Of a stretch of DNA of 64,000 bases, positions 30,074 through 41,253 are shown one piece after another. The position numbers and the translations under genes are program-made. How positions within the stretch are numbered: the stretch's first letter is position 1; each line of letters begins with the position of its first letter. The DNA lies in contig JBJOKS010000009.1 of NCBI GenBank assembly GCA_046045965.1, positions 98,931 through 162,930 on the forward strand, written 5' to 3'. The stretch comes from Cyanobacteriota bacterium (lineage in GTDB: Bacteria; Cyanobacteriota; Cyanobacteriia; Cyanobacteriales; Nostocaceae). The notes under the pieces were generated by a model that did not search any database, had not been told where the DNA came from, and was given only the letters and a program-made list of their open reading frames with translations.

Positions 30074-30751
30074 CTACCGCCGAGGTTCATTCTCATCTGC
30101 AAAATCCTCATCTTCAAAAAAATCCCAATCATCATCACTTTGATGATCGCTTTGATTGGTAATTGGGGGTTGATAAGGAGGGATAATTACTCGGTAATCT
30201 GCATCGTAAATTGATTCAGTTTTTCCCACACCAGTATTTTTGGGTTCCTGGGAACTGTAGGAGTACACTGAATCAGACTGAGAACCATTTTTAGAGCCTT
30301 GTTTACGGGCTTGCTCATCTGGGTAGGTTTTCGGGCTTGGTGTCTGTTGTGGTTCTTCAACATCCCAATCATCACCTTGATTAGCATCTGTTTCCCAATC
30401 ATCAAATTCTTTACTGGTAGCGTAATCGGCTTTATTAACTGGTCTGCGTGGACTGCTGGGAGGTGGTATAGTTTCTTCCCTGGAACTCGTCTTGACACGC
30501 GGTGCTGTAGTCGTTGATTTGGATGAGGATACCTGTGGAGTAAAATAATTAGTAAATTTAAACAAGGTGGCGATAAAAAAGGATGTCAAACCACCAGCAG
30601 TAATGCTAAATAAAATCCATAAAGCCAATGGTAATGGTTGAGTCCGCATTCCCAGAAATACGAGGGGGAGAGCAGGAGAAAAGTTCTGGACTAACAACAG
30701 CGTTAGTCCTCCCAGTACCACCACTAACAAAATTAAACGAATTCCAGCCAT
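30074..30751 (-). CDS. LapA/DUF1049-like membrane protein with disordered tail
   Basis: Two TMs with QN..P...L.FLG; YDADYRVI motif. Confidence 0.7.
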   Translation of the reverse strand: MAGIRLILLVVVLGGLTLLLVQNFSPALPLVFLGMRTQPLPLALWILFSITAGGLTSFFIATLFKFTNYFTPQVSSSKSTTTAPRVKTSSREETIPPPSSPRRPVNKADYATSKEFDDWETDANQGDDWDVEEPQQTPSPKTYPDEQARKQGSKNGSQSDSVYSYSSQEPKNTGVGKTESIYDADYRVIIPPYQPPITNQSDHQSDDDWDFFEDEDFADENEPRR

Positions 30752-30832
30752 TTCTATTAGTTGTTATTAGTCATTAGTCATTAGTTATTGGTTACTTTCT
30801 TCCCAGTCCCCAGTCAAGAGTCCCCAGTCCCC

Positions 30833-31477
30833 TTAAAGATGACCTTCCCAGCGTTGAATAGGAATACAGTCAATATCTAGTTGATCTAACGCACGGGCTA
30901 CTACAAAATCAACTAAATCTTCAATGGTTTGGGGGTTGTGATACCAAGCGGGAATGGCGGGAACAACTCTAACTCCTGTTTCTGCTAAAGTTGTTAAGTT
31001 CCGCAGGTGAATCAGGCTAAAAGGAGTTTCTCTAGGAACAATCACCAGTTTACGCCCTTCTTTCATCTGTACATCTGCTGCCCGTTCTAGTAAGTCTGAA
31101 CTTAAACCTACAGCCAGTTTAGCTACTGTACTCATGCTACATGGCATGATGATCATCCCCAAAGTTTTAAAGGAACCACTGGCAATACCAGCACCAACAT
31201 CACTCCAAGGATGACAGCGTAGTTGACCAGATAAGGTTACTCCGGCTTGAGTTCGCCAAAATTGCTCTTGTGCTTCGGGATCTGCTGGCATTCGGATATT
31301 TTGCTCTGCTTGCCAAACCATGTAAGTTGATTTAGAGGCAACGAGTTCAATTTTATACTCAGCTTCTAAGAGAAATTTAAGAGCGCGAGTGGCGTAAATC
31401 AGGCCGGATGCACCTGATACGCCTAAAATCAGTGGTTTACTGTTATTGGACACGAAATTACTCAGGAAATTTACCAA
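30833..31477 (-). CDS. ubiX: Flavin prenyltransferase
   Basis: GVSGASG, IASGS, PCSMST, VPRETP, IHLRNL. Confidence 0.95.
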   Translation of the reverse strand: MVNFLSNFVSNNSKPLILGVSGASGLIYATRALKFLLEAEYKIELVASKSTYMVWQAEQNIRMPADPEAQEQFWRTQAGVTLSGQLRCHPWSDVGAGIASGSFKTLGMIIMPCSMSTVAKLAVGLSSDLLERAADVQMKEGRKLVIVPRETPFSLIHLRNLTTLAETGVRVVPAIPAWYHNPQTIEDLVDFVVARALDQLDIDCIPIQRWEGHL

Positions 31478-31481
31478 AGAA

Positions 31482-31689
31482 GAATTCAGGAGTCAGGAGT
31501 CAGGAGTCAGAATGAATTCTGTGCAACTGGTGGATGAATCAGGGTTTAAAGCCGTGACTAGCCCCCCGATTTATCCGTGACGAAAAGAAAAAATTTTCGC
31601 GCGGTTGTTACCCCTGACTATGCCTACGGCAAGCCTACGACGAACAGGCATGGGGTATTCTGACCGCTGAATTCTGAATTCTGACTCCT
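31482..31689. repeat. MITE-like ~200-bp element with inverted STRR-type ends
   Basis: GAATTCAGGAGTCAG...AGAAT at the left end, ATTCTGA...TTCTGACTCCT at the right end, internal hairpins. Confidence 0.5.
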
Positions 31690-31691
31690 CT

Positions 31692-34046
31692 TCATTCATC
31701 TTCACTATAGGGATCTAAGTCAAAAGATTTGATGTGATTTGGTAAGTAAATATCTGTTGTATCTTCATTGCCAATACCAACTGCTGATCCTTTGACCATA
31801 CCATCAGCGCCCACAGTCACTAAATCAATTTGCTGACGATAATAATCGACACTCTTGACTTGTACGGATACGCGATCGCCTAATCTATAGGAAGCACGAT
31901 TTTTCCGCCCAAATAATGCTTGTTGTCTAGCACGATATTCATACCAATCATCTTTAAGGGAACTGACGTGTACCAATCCTTCTACCCGTAAAGGTTTACT
32001 CAGCTTGGAGCCAATTTCTAATTCTGTGGCTGGAACTTCGATTTCGACAAAGAAGCCGTAGGATTGAACCCCTGTAATTACACCGGGAAAGATTTGACTG
32101 ATCCGCTGTTTCATCAGTTGGGCTTTTTGCAGTCCGGCTAAATCGGCTTCAGCTTCTTGAACTTCTTTTTCGCGGTCATTAATCTGGACAAGGACTCTGG
32201 TTAAATCGCTTTGCAGTTCTTGTTGTAGTTCTGGAGGGAGAACGTTCCAGTTAATTTCCAGATGGGAGGCGGAGTGACGCAGGTTAACACGCTCTTTGAC
32301 ACGGGTATTGCGGCGATCGCGCCCGTATTCCAGTAAAGCATGATATACCCTTTGCATCAGTAAGTCTGGGTAACGTCGCAAGGGTGAACTAAAGTGAATA
32401 TACTGTGTCAGAGCTAAACCGAAGTGCGCTCCTTTAGTAGTGCTGTACAGCGCAGGTTTGAGAGTATCTTGCAGCAGGTAGGTAAGAACTTGCTCAGATG
32501 GTGATTCAGAAAAAGCCCCAGTTAAGTGTTGATAATCTAGAGGTTGAATTTCCAACTCTGGATCGAGTGTTAACTCCACGCCTAAATTAATTGCTAGTTT
32601 CAGCATTTCCTGAACATCTTCAGGATCGGGTGTACCTTGGACGCGCCAAATAGCCGGAACTCCCAAGGCGCTGAGGTGATCCGCCATCAGTTCATTTACC
32701 ATCAGTACAAACTCTGTTAACAGCGATCGCACTGGTGAGTCATGAACTACTACAGCCCCCATACTCCCCTCATCATGGTAAGGATTTTGGCTAGGTGGTA
32801 GATTCAACTGTAAGCTACCGCGAGATAAGCGAGCTTGTTTGGCTGCTTTGGCTAACGTTGCTAAATCACTTAATATCTCTATACTCTGATCCGATGCTTT
32901 TGTTGATTCACCGATGAGTATTGTTTCTGCTTGGTTCTTACTCACAGATGTATCGACATTAATGACACTGGGTTGAATTTCCCACTCTAAAACTTCTCCC
33001 AATTGGGGATCAATAGTGATCACAAAGGAGAGAGCTAGGCGATCGCTACCCGGTATTAATGAACAACGTTCCCCTACAGCATCAGGTAACATGGGCAAAA
33101 TCAAGTCTCCAAGATACACGGATCTCCCCCGCTTGAGTGCTTCTCGGTCTAATATCTCGTCAGCCTGAATAAAGTGAGATAAATCAGTGATATGAACAAT
33201 CAATCGCCAGGGTCCACTGGGGTTTTTTTCCAAGCTAAAAGCATTTTCTATTACCCTATCCTCACCGTTTACCCCTTCCAGTGTCAAAGTAAACAAATTA
33301 CGTAAATCTACGCGATCTTTCAAATCTGCTTTCAGCAACTTTTTGGGTAATTTTGCTGCTGCATCCAAAACATTTTCTGAAAAAGTTCGAGATAAATCGT
33401 GTTTACAAGTTACTAAATCTATATCAGCAGCGGCTTCCGCATCACTACCCAGGATTTGTACCACCCGCCCCAAAGGTGGATACTGAGCTAAAGGATAACG
33501 CAGGACTTCGACATGAGCCAGGTGATCGATAGCTTCTTCTAATTTGATCCCATTGGTGAGCAGTTTCAATTCAAACAACAAACGATCATCCAAAGGTACA
33601 GCACGGAAACCCCCTTCTACTTGCTTGATCCGTGCTAGTAAAGTGTGATTAGAACGCTCCAGAATCAACTTTACCTCACCTTCAGGAGAACGGCGACGAC
33701 TACCTTCCTTTAGCACTCTCACCAAAACGCGATCGCCATTCCAGGCATTACTGAGATGGCTTTCCCGGATATAAATATCCTCCGAGCCTTCCACATCCTG
33801 AATTGCAAAACAAAACCCCTTACTAGAACAGCGGAGTTTGGCTTCTATTAGCCCCTCTTCTGATACACGACGATACTTACCCCGTTCCTTGATTAACAGT
33901 CCAACTTTTTCCAGCACCTCCAAAGCAATATGAAGTTTTTCTAAACTATCTTCATCTTCACAACCCAGTTTTTTTTCCAGAACCTTCCGAGCTACCAATT
34001 TATCATCAGTAAAATTGGCAAGGAGTGTAGCGATTGAAAATTCCAT
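31692..34046 (-). CDS. RNase R/II-family (RNB plus S1) protein, Zam-like
   Basis: CSD-like KGFCFA, HFGLA..Y.HFSSPLRRYPDL, C-terminal S1. The catalytic Asp region reads RVIENAFS, so it is degenerate. Confidence 0.88.
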   Translation of the reverse strand: MEFSIATLLANFTDDKLVARKVLEKKLGCEDEDSLEKLHIALEVLEKVGLLIKERGKYRRVSEEGLIEAKLRCSSKGFCFAIQDVEGSEDIYIRESHLSNAWNGDRVLVRVLKEGSRRRSPEGEVKLILERSNHTLLARIKQVEGGFRAVPLDDRLLFELKLLTNGIKLEEAIDHLAHVEVLRYPLAQYPPLGRVVQILGSDAEAAADIDLVTCKHDLSRTFSENVLDAAAKLPKKLLKADLKDRVDLRNLFTLTLEGVNGEDRVIENAFSLEKNPSGPWRLIVHITDLSHFIQADEILDREALKRGRSVYLGDLILPMLPDAVGERCSLIPGSDRLALSFVITIDPQLGEVLEWEIQPSVINVDTSVSKNQAETILIGESTKASDQSIEILSDLATLAKAAKQARLSRGSLQLNLPPSQNPYHDEGSMGAVVVHDSPVRSLLTEFVLMVNELMADHLSALGVPAIWRVQGTPDPEDVQEMLKLAINLGVELTLDPELEIQPLDYQHLTGAFSESPSEQVLTYLLQDTLKPALYSTTKGAHFGLALTQYIHFSSPLRRYPDLLMQRVYHALLEYGRDRRNTRVKERVNLRHSASHLEINWNVLPPELQQELQSDLTRVLVQINDREKEVQEAEADLAGLQKAQLMKQRISQIFPGVITGVQSYGFFVEIEVPATELEIGSKLSKPLRVEGLVHVSSLKDDWYEYRARQQALFGRKNRASYRLGDRVSVQVKSVDYYRQQIDLVTVGADGMVKGSAVGIGNEDTTDIYLPNHIKSFDLDPYSEDE

Positions 34047-34775
34047 GCAGTGAACCGACCTTTGGTCAAAACATCATTTTTTGCGTAATCTGGTTCTTCC
34101 CTGTATATCCTCACAGCCTACATTGTTGCCAACGAATTACCCTAGAGTGACCTCTCGTAGAGAAGACAAGGCTGCCGAAGTTCTCACCAGAGTCATGCTC
34201 TGCTTGAACTTCTCACTGCTGGGACTTCTCACTGCACGACACTCTCAGAATTAACCTGGGTTCAACTTTCTTCATCTAACCAATCTTATACAGCACTCCT
34301 GATACTCGATTTCCACCTGGTAATTACGCAATGGGTTCTTGAGAGGTTTGGTTTGGAGAACTCTCCACATCACCCACAAGTTGCTACACAAGGCAAGGAA
34401 CAGGTGTTTGATTGTCTAGATTTCAATAGGTACTACCATGAGAATCTGAGTTTTAACTAGGAGAAACTGCTGATCAACCCAATTTTCCCATCTGTAGAAT
34501 CGGGAACAATCGGGTAAGCAGCTTAACAAGCAATGAGGGCGAACCTTATCTTTATTATTGTAGATTTAGAGCGCACTTCCAGAAAATACTTCTAGATATC
34601 AAGTTGGGTAATTAGTATAGCATTGAGAGGAAGAACACCCTGATTCAGTCAGCAGTAGCTAAAAGTTTATGCCAATGATGCAAAAATCAGCTGCTGCTAC
34701 AATCGTGACTGATGATCATAACGCAAAAAGTACCTGCAAGTTCTACAAAGTACAAATAAAGTTAAACAGATTCAG

Positions 34776-35570
34776 ATGGTTGGCAATATTATGTTGGCTC
34801 AATTCCAGAGATTGTATCCCAACGGCAGTATTATTTCCGAATTACTACAGATTTTTCAAGGTAAATATATTGTCCGAGTCAGTCTACAAATTGAAGGTGT
34901 CACCCGTGCCACTGGTATGGCAGGATCAGACACTGTAGAAGCTGCCGAGGATCAAGCCCGAAGTCGGGCGTTGACGGTTTTGGGAATCACAAATGCAACT
35001 GCGGAAACTGCGGTATTTTCCCCAAAACCCATTTCCCCAGTAACGGTAAATCCCAGCGTCAAAACCACAACAGTCTTAAATGAGTCTGCCCCTAGCTCTG
35101 GTGATGTTATCAGTAGTCAATGGTCACAGTCCAGCAACACTAAAAACGATACCTATCAGCAAGCTTTAGATCAGAGTTTTTCGGGAACTACTCCCATAGA
35201 AGAAGAATTTGATACCTCAACGGCCAACCTGGAAATCCTATCTAGTCCAGACCCTGAACCTCAACCCTTACGAGAAATTACTGCTAGTAACGTTACCCCA
35301 TTTACCCCTCGCAGTTATTCTCCTCCAGAAGATGTGGGCTTGCGCTCAGGGATAGCAAAAAGCAAGAGGAAAAGTGAACCAGTAAATTTATCTGATGTTA
35401 TTGCTCAAACCGATGTCCAAATAGAACGCTTGGGCTGGAGTAAAGAACAGGGTAGAGAACATCTTAAGAAAACCTACGGTAAATTAGGGCGTTCTTTACT
35501 CAGTGAGGAAGAGTTACTAGATTTTCTCAACTATCTCAAATCTCAACCTGATCCCATAGCTGGGTTTTAA
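34776..35570 (+). CDS. Conserved hypothetical protein
   Basis: AAEDQARSRAL N-domain; C-terminal RLGWSKEQGREHLKKTYGK. Confidence 0.8.
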   Translation: MVGNIMLAQFQRLYPNGSIISELLQIFQGKYIVRVSLQIEGVTRATGMAGSDTVEAAEDQARSRALTVLGITNATAETAVFSPKPISPVTVNPSVKTTTVLNESAPSSGDVISSQWSQSSNTKNDTYQQALDQSFSGTTPIEEEFDTSTANLEILSSPDPEPQPLREITASNVTPFTPRSYSPPEDVGLRSGIAKSKRKSEPVNLSDVIAQTDVQIERLGWSKEQGREHLKKTYGKLGRSLLSEEELLDFLNYLKSQPDPIAGF

Positions 35571-35683
35571 GAAGGTGACAGGGTGTAGGGGAGCAGGGTG
35601 CAGAGGAGCAGGGTGCAGGGAGCAGGGGAAGATGAATAACCCAGTCCCCAGTCCCCAGTCCCCAGTCCCCAGTCCCCAGTCCC

Positions 35684-36289
35684 CTATACTACAGCCATTG
35701 GACGGCTACCGGCGGAATGACGATCAATTACTTGGTCAATTAAGCCATATTCCCTGGCTTCTTCTGGAGACATGAAAAAGTCACGTTCAGTATCTTCAGC
35801 TATACGCTCTAGTGGTTGACCAGTGTGTTCGGCTAAATATCCATTCAGCTTGCGCTTGTGGTATAAAATTTCCCGTGCCTGAATTTCAATATCAGTTGCT
35901 TGTCCTTGAGCGCCGCCTAAAGGTTGGTGAATCATAATCCGTGAATGAGGCAGACTCATCCGTTTACCTTTAGTACCTGCACTTAATAGAAAAGCGCCCA
36001 TACTTGCTGCTAGTCCGGTACAGATAGTACAAACATCGGGGCGGATATTCTTCATTGTGTCAAAGATGCCCATCCCCGCCGTCACTGAACCACCAGGAGA
36101 ATTGATGTACATATAAATGTCTTTCTCCGGGTCTTCAGAATCTAAAAACAGTAATTGGGCAACAATTAGGTTAGCTAAACTGCTATCTACTTGTTGTCCC
36201 AAAAAAATGATGCGCTCACGTAACAGCCGTGAGTAGATATCAAAGGCGCGTTCGCCACGACCCGATTGTTCAATAACGATAGGAATCAT
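35684..36289 (-). CDS. clpP: ATP-dependent Clp protease proteolytic subunit
   Basis: [38 protein letters not shown]. Confidence 0.97.
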   Translation of the reverse strand: MIPIVIEQSGRGERAFDIYSRLLRERIIFLGQQVDSSLANLIVAQLLFLDSEDPEKDIYMYINSPGGSVTAGMGIFDTMKNIRPDVCTICTGLAASMGAFLLSAGTKGKRMSLPHSRIMIHQPLGGAQGQATDIEIQAREILYHKRKLNGYLAEHTGQPLERIAEDTERDFFMSPEEAREYGLIDQVIDRHSAGSRPMAVV

Positions 36290-36781
36290 TGAGCTTATTT
36301 GTATCTATTTGTATTTTATTCTATCTAACGTTAGCAGCGTTAGCAGTTAGTTGGGAGGCAGGAGGTAGAAGGTTATTCTTTATCTCCCCAACATAACTTG
36401 ATAATCGGTTCTGAACAAGCAGATTCATCTGTGGGATAAAGTCTAAAATCGGATATTTCAAATCAAAATTTTTTTCCAGGCACTTTTTCAGGCTGATAGC
36501 AGTCTAAGTAATTATGGTGATGTGAAAAGAAGATCAATCCAAAATCGGATGACTCACATCACTCTAACTATTGGCCAATAAATTGGGCTGTGCTTGATTT
36601 GGCAACTCTATATATTAGTCGCACTTCTTTTTCAGGTATTAGTAACTTTTTTCACAATTTTTAACTTTCCTCTGGTTAATTTTCCGGACATATTTTCCAA
36701 ATCCGGTAAACCGGGACTATGTGGTGTATTTAGATTAACCAATCTTATTTGAAATGCTATTGATCAAAAGCGAGGAGTGCT

Positions 36782-36937
36782 ATGCTGGAAAGACTTATGC
36801 AAGCTGCTTTAATCACTTTTTTACTGCACCTGATCGCAGGAGTAAACCCTAGTACCCAAATTCCTCGCAAGTCTGTATCACCTGTATCGGAAATGTCAGC
36901 CCCGGTTCTAGGTTCAACTATTCGCTTTTCTAAATAA
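36782..36937 (+). CDS. Small 51-aa protein with hydrophobic N-terminus (absent from the ORF track)
   Basis: GAGGAG RBS just upstream; MLERLMQAALITFLLHLIAGVNPSTQIPRKSVSPVSEMSAPVLGSTIRFSK*. Confidence 0.6.
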   Translation: MLERLMQAALITFLLHLIAGVNPSTQIPRKSVSPVSEMSAPVLGSTIRFSK

Positions 36938-37080
36938 TAGGGACTCTTTACTGGGGACTCTTTACTGGGGACTGGGGTTATATATAATTCTCCCCCTGCT
37001 TCCCCTGCTTCCCCTGCCTTCTGCCTCCTGCCTCCTGATAAAACGCTAGACTGGTCATAAAATAGTGGAAAACTATTATT

Positions 37081-39138
37081 ATGACTAATCGTCTTGCTGT
37101 AACAAAAAGCCTTTATCTCCGCAAACACGCTGAAAATCCGATTGATTGGTGGCCTTGGTGCGACGAAGCACTGGAAACTGCAAGGGTAGAAAATAAACCG
37201 ATTTTTCTTTCTATTGGTTACTCTAGCTGTCACTGGTGTACGGTGATGGAAGGGGAGGCGTTTTCTGATTTGGCGATCGCTCAATATATGAACGCTAATT
37301 TTCTCCCGATCAAGGTGGACCGAGAAGAAAGACCAGACCTGGATAGTATCTATATGCAGAGTTTACAAATCATGAGTGGTCAAGGGGGTTGGCCATTAAA
37401 TATTTTTCTGTCTCCAGATGATTTGGTCCCGTTTTACGCTGGGACTTATTTCCCTGTTGATCCCCGCTATGGTCGTCCGGGATTTTTGCAGGTTTTACAA
37501 GCTTTACGCAATTACTATGATACGCAAAAAGAGGAGTTACGCCAACGGAAAGCCGTAATTGTTGAAGCTTTGCTGACATCTGCGGTTTTACAAAATAGTG
37601 CTAGTCAGCAAGTTGCAGATCATCAATTATTACAACAAGGTTGGGAAACTTCTACGGGGATCATTACTCCTAAGCAAGTTGGTAATAGTTTTCCCATGAT
37701 CCCCTATGGTGAGTTGGTTTTGCGGGGAACTCGGTTTAATTTTCTATCTCGCTATAATGCACAACAACTTTCTACTCAACGCGGACTAGATTTAGCTTTG
37801 GGTGGGATTTATGATCATGTAGCTGGTGGTTTTCATCGCTACACTGTTGACCCTACTTGGACTGTCCCCCATTTTGAAAAGATGCTGTACGATAATGGTC
37901 AGATTGTAGAATATCTGGCTGATTTGTGGAGTGCAGGAATTGAAGAACCAGCTTTTGAAAGGGCGGTGGCTGGAACTGTAAAATGGTTACAACGGGAAAT
38001 GACTGCACCTACGGGTTATTTTTATGCTGCTCAAGATGCGGATAGTTTTACTAACTCTACAGCAGCAGAACCGGAGGAAGGTGCTTTTTATGTCTGGAGT
38101 TACAGGGAATTACAACAACTGTTAACAACGGAAGAACTAACAGAATTACAACAGCAGTTTTCTGTTACTGTTAATGGTAATTTTGAAGGTAACAATGTTT
38201 TACAAAGATTGCATCCCGGTGAACTGAGTCAAACGCTAGAAGTTGCTTTGGGTAAGTTGTTTACTGCGCGTTATGGTGCTGCACTTGAGTCACTAGCAAC
38301 TTTTCCCCCAGCGCGAGATAATCAGGAAGCAAAAACGACTAACTGGCCTGGTCGCATTCCGGCGGTGACAGATACTAAAATGATTGTAGCCTGGAATAGT
38401 CTGATGATTTCCGGTTTGGCTAGGGCGGCTGAGGTTTTCCAACAACCAAGTTATCTGGAGTTAGCAGATCAAGCAGCTAAGTTTATCTGGGATCATCAAT
38501 TTGTGGATGGACGTTTTCACCGACTCAATTATGAAGGTGAAGCGACGGTATTAGCTCAATCTGAAGATTACGCTTTTTTTATTAAAGCATTATTGGATTT
38601 ACACCAAGCTGATTTGGAAAATGCTGATTGGTTAGAAAGAGCGATCGCTCTCCAAGAGGAGTTTAATGAATTTCTGTGGAGTGTGGAATTAGGCGGATAT
38701 TTTAACACATCTAGCGATAATAGTCAAGATTTAATTGTGCGGGAGCGTAGTTATATGGATAATGCTACACCTTCAGCCAATGGAATTGCGATCGCTAATT
38801 TGGTGCGTTTGTCTTTGCTGACTGATAATCTACATTATCTTGATTTAGCTGAATCAGGCTTGAAAGCTTTTAAAGGGGTAATGAGCGAATCTCCCCAAGC
38901 TTGTCCTAGTTTATTTACGGCTTTAGATTGGTATCAGAATTCTACTTTAATTCGTAGTAATATTGAGCAAATAACGTCATTGATGCCTAAATATCTACCA
39001 ACTACGGTTTTTGCAACGGTATCAGATTTACCAAATGAAAGTGTGGGTTTAGTGTGTCAAGGGTTGAAATGTCTTCCCGCACCTGGGAGTGTAGAAGAGT
39101 TGTTGGAACAGGTGCAAAGAAGTCAAAATAGAGGGTGA
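37081..39138 (+). CDS. YyaL/SPATA20-like thioredoxin-domain (DUF255) protein
   Basis: NRL...[34 protein letters not shown]. Confidence 0.93.
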   Translation: MTNRLAVTKSLYLRKHAENPIDWWPWCDEALETARVENKPIFLSIGYSSCHWCTVMEGEAFSDLAIAQYMNANFLPIKVDREERPDLDSIYMQSLQIMSGQGGWPLNIFLSPDDLVPFYAGTYFPVDPRYGRPGFLQVLQALRNYYDTQKEELRQRKAVIVEALLTSAVLQNSASQQVADHQLLQQGWETSTGIITPKQVGNSFPMIPYGELVLRGTRFNFLSRYNAQQLSTQRGLDLALGGIYDHVAGGFHRYTVDPTWTVPHFEKMLYDNGQIVEYLADLWSAGIEEPAFERAVAGTVKWLQREMTAPTGYFYAAQDADSFTNSTAAEPEEGAFYVWSYRELQQLLTTEELTELQQQFSVTVNGNFEGNNVLQRLHPGELSQTLEVALGKLFTARYGAALESLATFPPARDNQEAKTTNWPGRIPAVTDTKMIVAWNSLMISGLARAAEVFQQPSYLELADQAAKFIWDHQFVDGRFHRLNYEGEATVLAQSEDYAFFIKALLDLHQADLENADWLERAIALQEEFNEFLWSVELGGYFNTSSDNSQDLIVRERSYMDNATPSANGIAIANLVRLSLLTDNLHYLDLAESGLKAFKGVMSESPQACPSLFTALDWYQNSTLIRSNIEQITSLMPKYLPTTVFATVSDLPNESVGLVCQGLKCLPAPGSVEELLEQVQRSQNRG

Positions 39139-39145
39139 TAGCTTA

Positions 39146-39177
39146 TATCCCTGACTATTTGTAGAAGTCGGGGATAT
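39146..39177. repeat. Palindromic dispersed repeat (ATCCCCGACTTCT..AGAAGTCGGGGAT type); related copies near 58316-58348 and 62596-62623
   Basis: Imperfect inverted repeat located after gene ends. Confidence 0.6.
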
Positions 39178-39193
39178 GAGAGATTTATTGATA

Positions 39194-39550
39194 TTACCGC
39201 AACTGAGATAACAAATTTTTCATCTGAGGAGTAGATAGGAATTTTTGAGCATCATTAATGATGCTTTCACCCCAAAAATGCTTTTTCATAAAGTGAAAAT
39301 CTGCAAAGTTTTTGTTTAACTTTAATGCGGTTTCTGCTAATTCATAAGCCTGTGGTTTTTCTCCTTGACCATATAAAGCCACAGCTAAGGCTAACATAGA
39401 TTCAGCAGATTGATTATTAATTTTTATGGCTTGTTGCCATTGTTTAATTGCTGTTTCCTTGTCTCCTTGTTCGTATTTGATGAAGCCTATATTATTGATA
39501 GCTGCTAAGTGGTTGACATCGGGAGCAACTGCTTGATTATAATTCGACAT
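39194..39550 (-). pseudogene. C-terminal TPR fragment (possibly a short intact gene)
   Basis: AINNIG.IKYEQG..AI..WQQAI, LALAVALY; resembles the tail of long TPR proteins. Confidence 0.55.
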
Positions 39551-40131
39551 AGAGTTTATACTGTTTCCTAGTGGATGATAGTTAATACATCTACTGGGGT
39601 AAGCATCCGTAAAATATTGATGATTTTTTGTATACGAATAACCAAGTTGAAAACTCTTTTAAATGTAATCTGAGATACATACTTTCTGTCAAGACAGAGT
39701 GTGGTGAAGACAGGGTACTTTCCAATACTGCACGATGATTTACTAAAAATTCTCCCCCAAGATAGGTGACTGCTGCTGAAAATAGGCTTGCAGTTTTAGG
39801 ATTTTTGTAGTAAAAAAGCAACCAAGGTAAATACCCAGTCCAAACAGAAGCAAGCAAAATCAATGATTAAAGCAACCAAGAGTGATCCCCAAATGTTGAA
39901 ATAAATGTAAATACTGTTAAAAAGACGAGAAAGTGAAGTAATTTATCATCCTACAGGTGAATGATTGAGTTAGGCAATCGGAACTATCTGTGAAAGTCAG
40001 TTTATCTGAGGCATAATGATATTTACTTTTGCCCCTTTGCGGTTGATCCCCGGTTGATCCCCATTTGATATGCAATTTGGATAAAATGACTAGACATAAC
40101 CCTCAAATTCACAACCGCTTTTGACTGCGAC

Positions 40132-41193
40132 ATGATGATAAATAAACTAAACAATGGTTTTACCATATTTCTAAGTCTGCTAGTCGAGGCATTGCCTTTT
40201 TTGCTGCTAGGGGTTTTATTTTCCAGTGTGCTGTTATTTTTTATTGAAGAGCGCAAATTGGTAAAAATAATGCCCAAAAATCCCCTACTAGGGGCTTTCG
40301 TTGGCAGTATGATTGGGTTTTTGTTTCCCGTGTGCGAGTGTGGTAACGTGCCAGTGGCGCGGCGGTTATTGATGCAAGGAGTACCTACATCAGTAGCAAT
40401 TGGCTTTTTACTAGCAGCACCGACAATTAACCCCATTGTAATTTGGGCAACTTGGACAGCATTTCGAGATCAACCAGAAATAGTAGTGTTAAGAATTTTA
40501 TTGTCCTTAGCGATCGCTACAACTATCGGTTTTGTGTTCAGCTTTCAAGAAGATTTAAGTCCTTTCCTGCAACCTGCGATCGCTCGTTATCTGAAATTTA
40601 ATCCACCCGAACCAGAACCCAAACGCAAGGGAAGACGTTACCAGTTACAAGAAGAAGCAGCATCTGTTAATCCTCTTTTACAATCAGGAACTTATATTCT
40701 CGGTGGTAAAGCAGGTATATCCACAAAACTAGGTGTAAATTTAAACCAGACAAATATCACAACTGCCAACCAAAACAAACCTTTTACAAATAAACTCCGT
40801 CTAGTATTAGATAATATCATCCAGGAATTACGAGAATTAGGGGGAGTGATGGTAGTAGGAAGTGCAATAGCCGCTGCAATTCAAGTCTTAGCCCCCCGTG
40901 AACTGATCCTGAGTTTGGGTGCAGGTCCAATTACCTCAATTCTTGCCATGTTGGTACTAGCAGCAGTAGTATCAATATGTTCCACCGTTGATTCTTTCTT
41001 TGCCCTATCTTTCGCCTCAACATTTACCAGTGGTTCTTTGTTAGCATTTCTAGTATTTGGTCCAATGATTGACATCAAAGGTGTAGGTTTGATGTTATCA
41101 ATTTTTAAACCTAAAGCTCTATTTTATCTATTTGCTTTAGCCGGACAATTGACATTTTTATTTACCTTGTTTTTGAATCTGCACATCATGTAA
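40132..41193 (+). CDS. Predicted permease (DUF318 family)
   Basis: FPVCECG, AAPTINP, SICSTVD, GPMIDIK. Confidence 0.9.
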   Translation: MMINKLNNGFTIFLSLLVEALPFLLLGVLFSSVLLFFIEERKLVKIMPKNPLLGAFVGSMIGFLFPVCECGNVPVARRLLMQGVPTSVAIGFLLAAPTINPIVIWATWTAFRDQPEIVVLRILLSLAIATTIGFVFSFQEDLSPFLQPAIARYLKFNPPEPEPKRKGRRYQLQEEAASVNPLLQSGTYILGGKAGISTKLGVNLNQTNITTANQNKPFTNKLRLVLDNIIQELRELGGVMVVGSAIAAAIQVLAPRELILSLGAGPITSILAMLVLAAVVSICSTVDSFFALSFASTFTSGSLLAFLVFGPMIDIKGVGLMLSIFKPKALFYLFALAGQLTFLFTLFLNLHIM

Positions 41194-41253
41194 TTTTTGT
41201 AAATTCTCAGTGATTTCTGACAACTTACAAATGACATAATGAACCAATAAATA

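Noticed and set aside
39591..39920. 90-aa ORF as a real gene
   Set aside because: Hydrophobic stretches switch frame near 39860; possibly a decayed membrane-protein gene but not assignable
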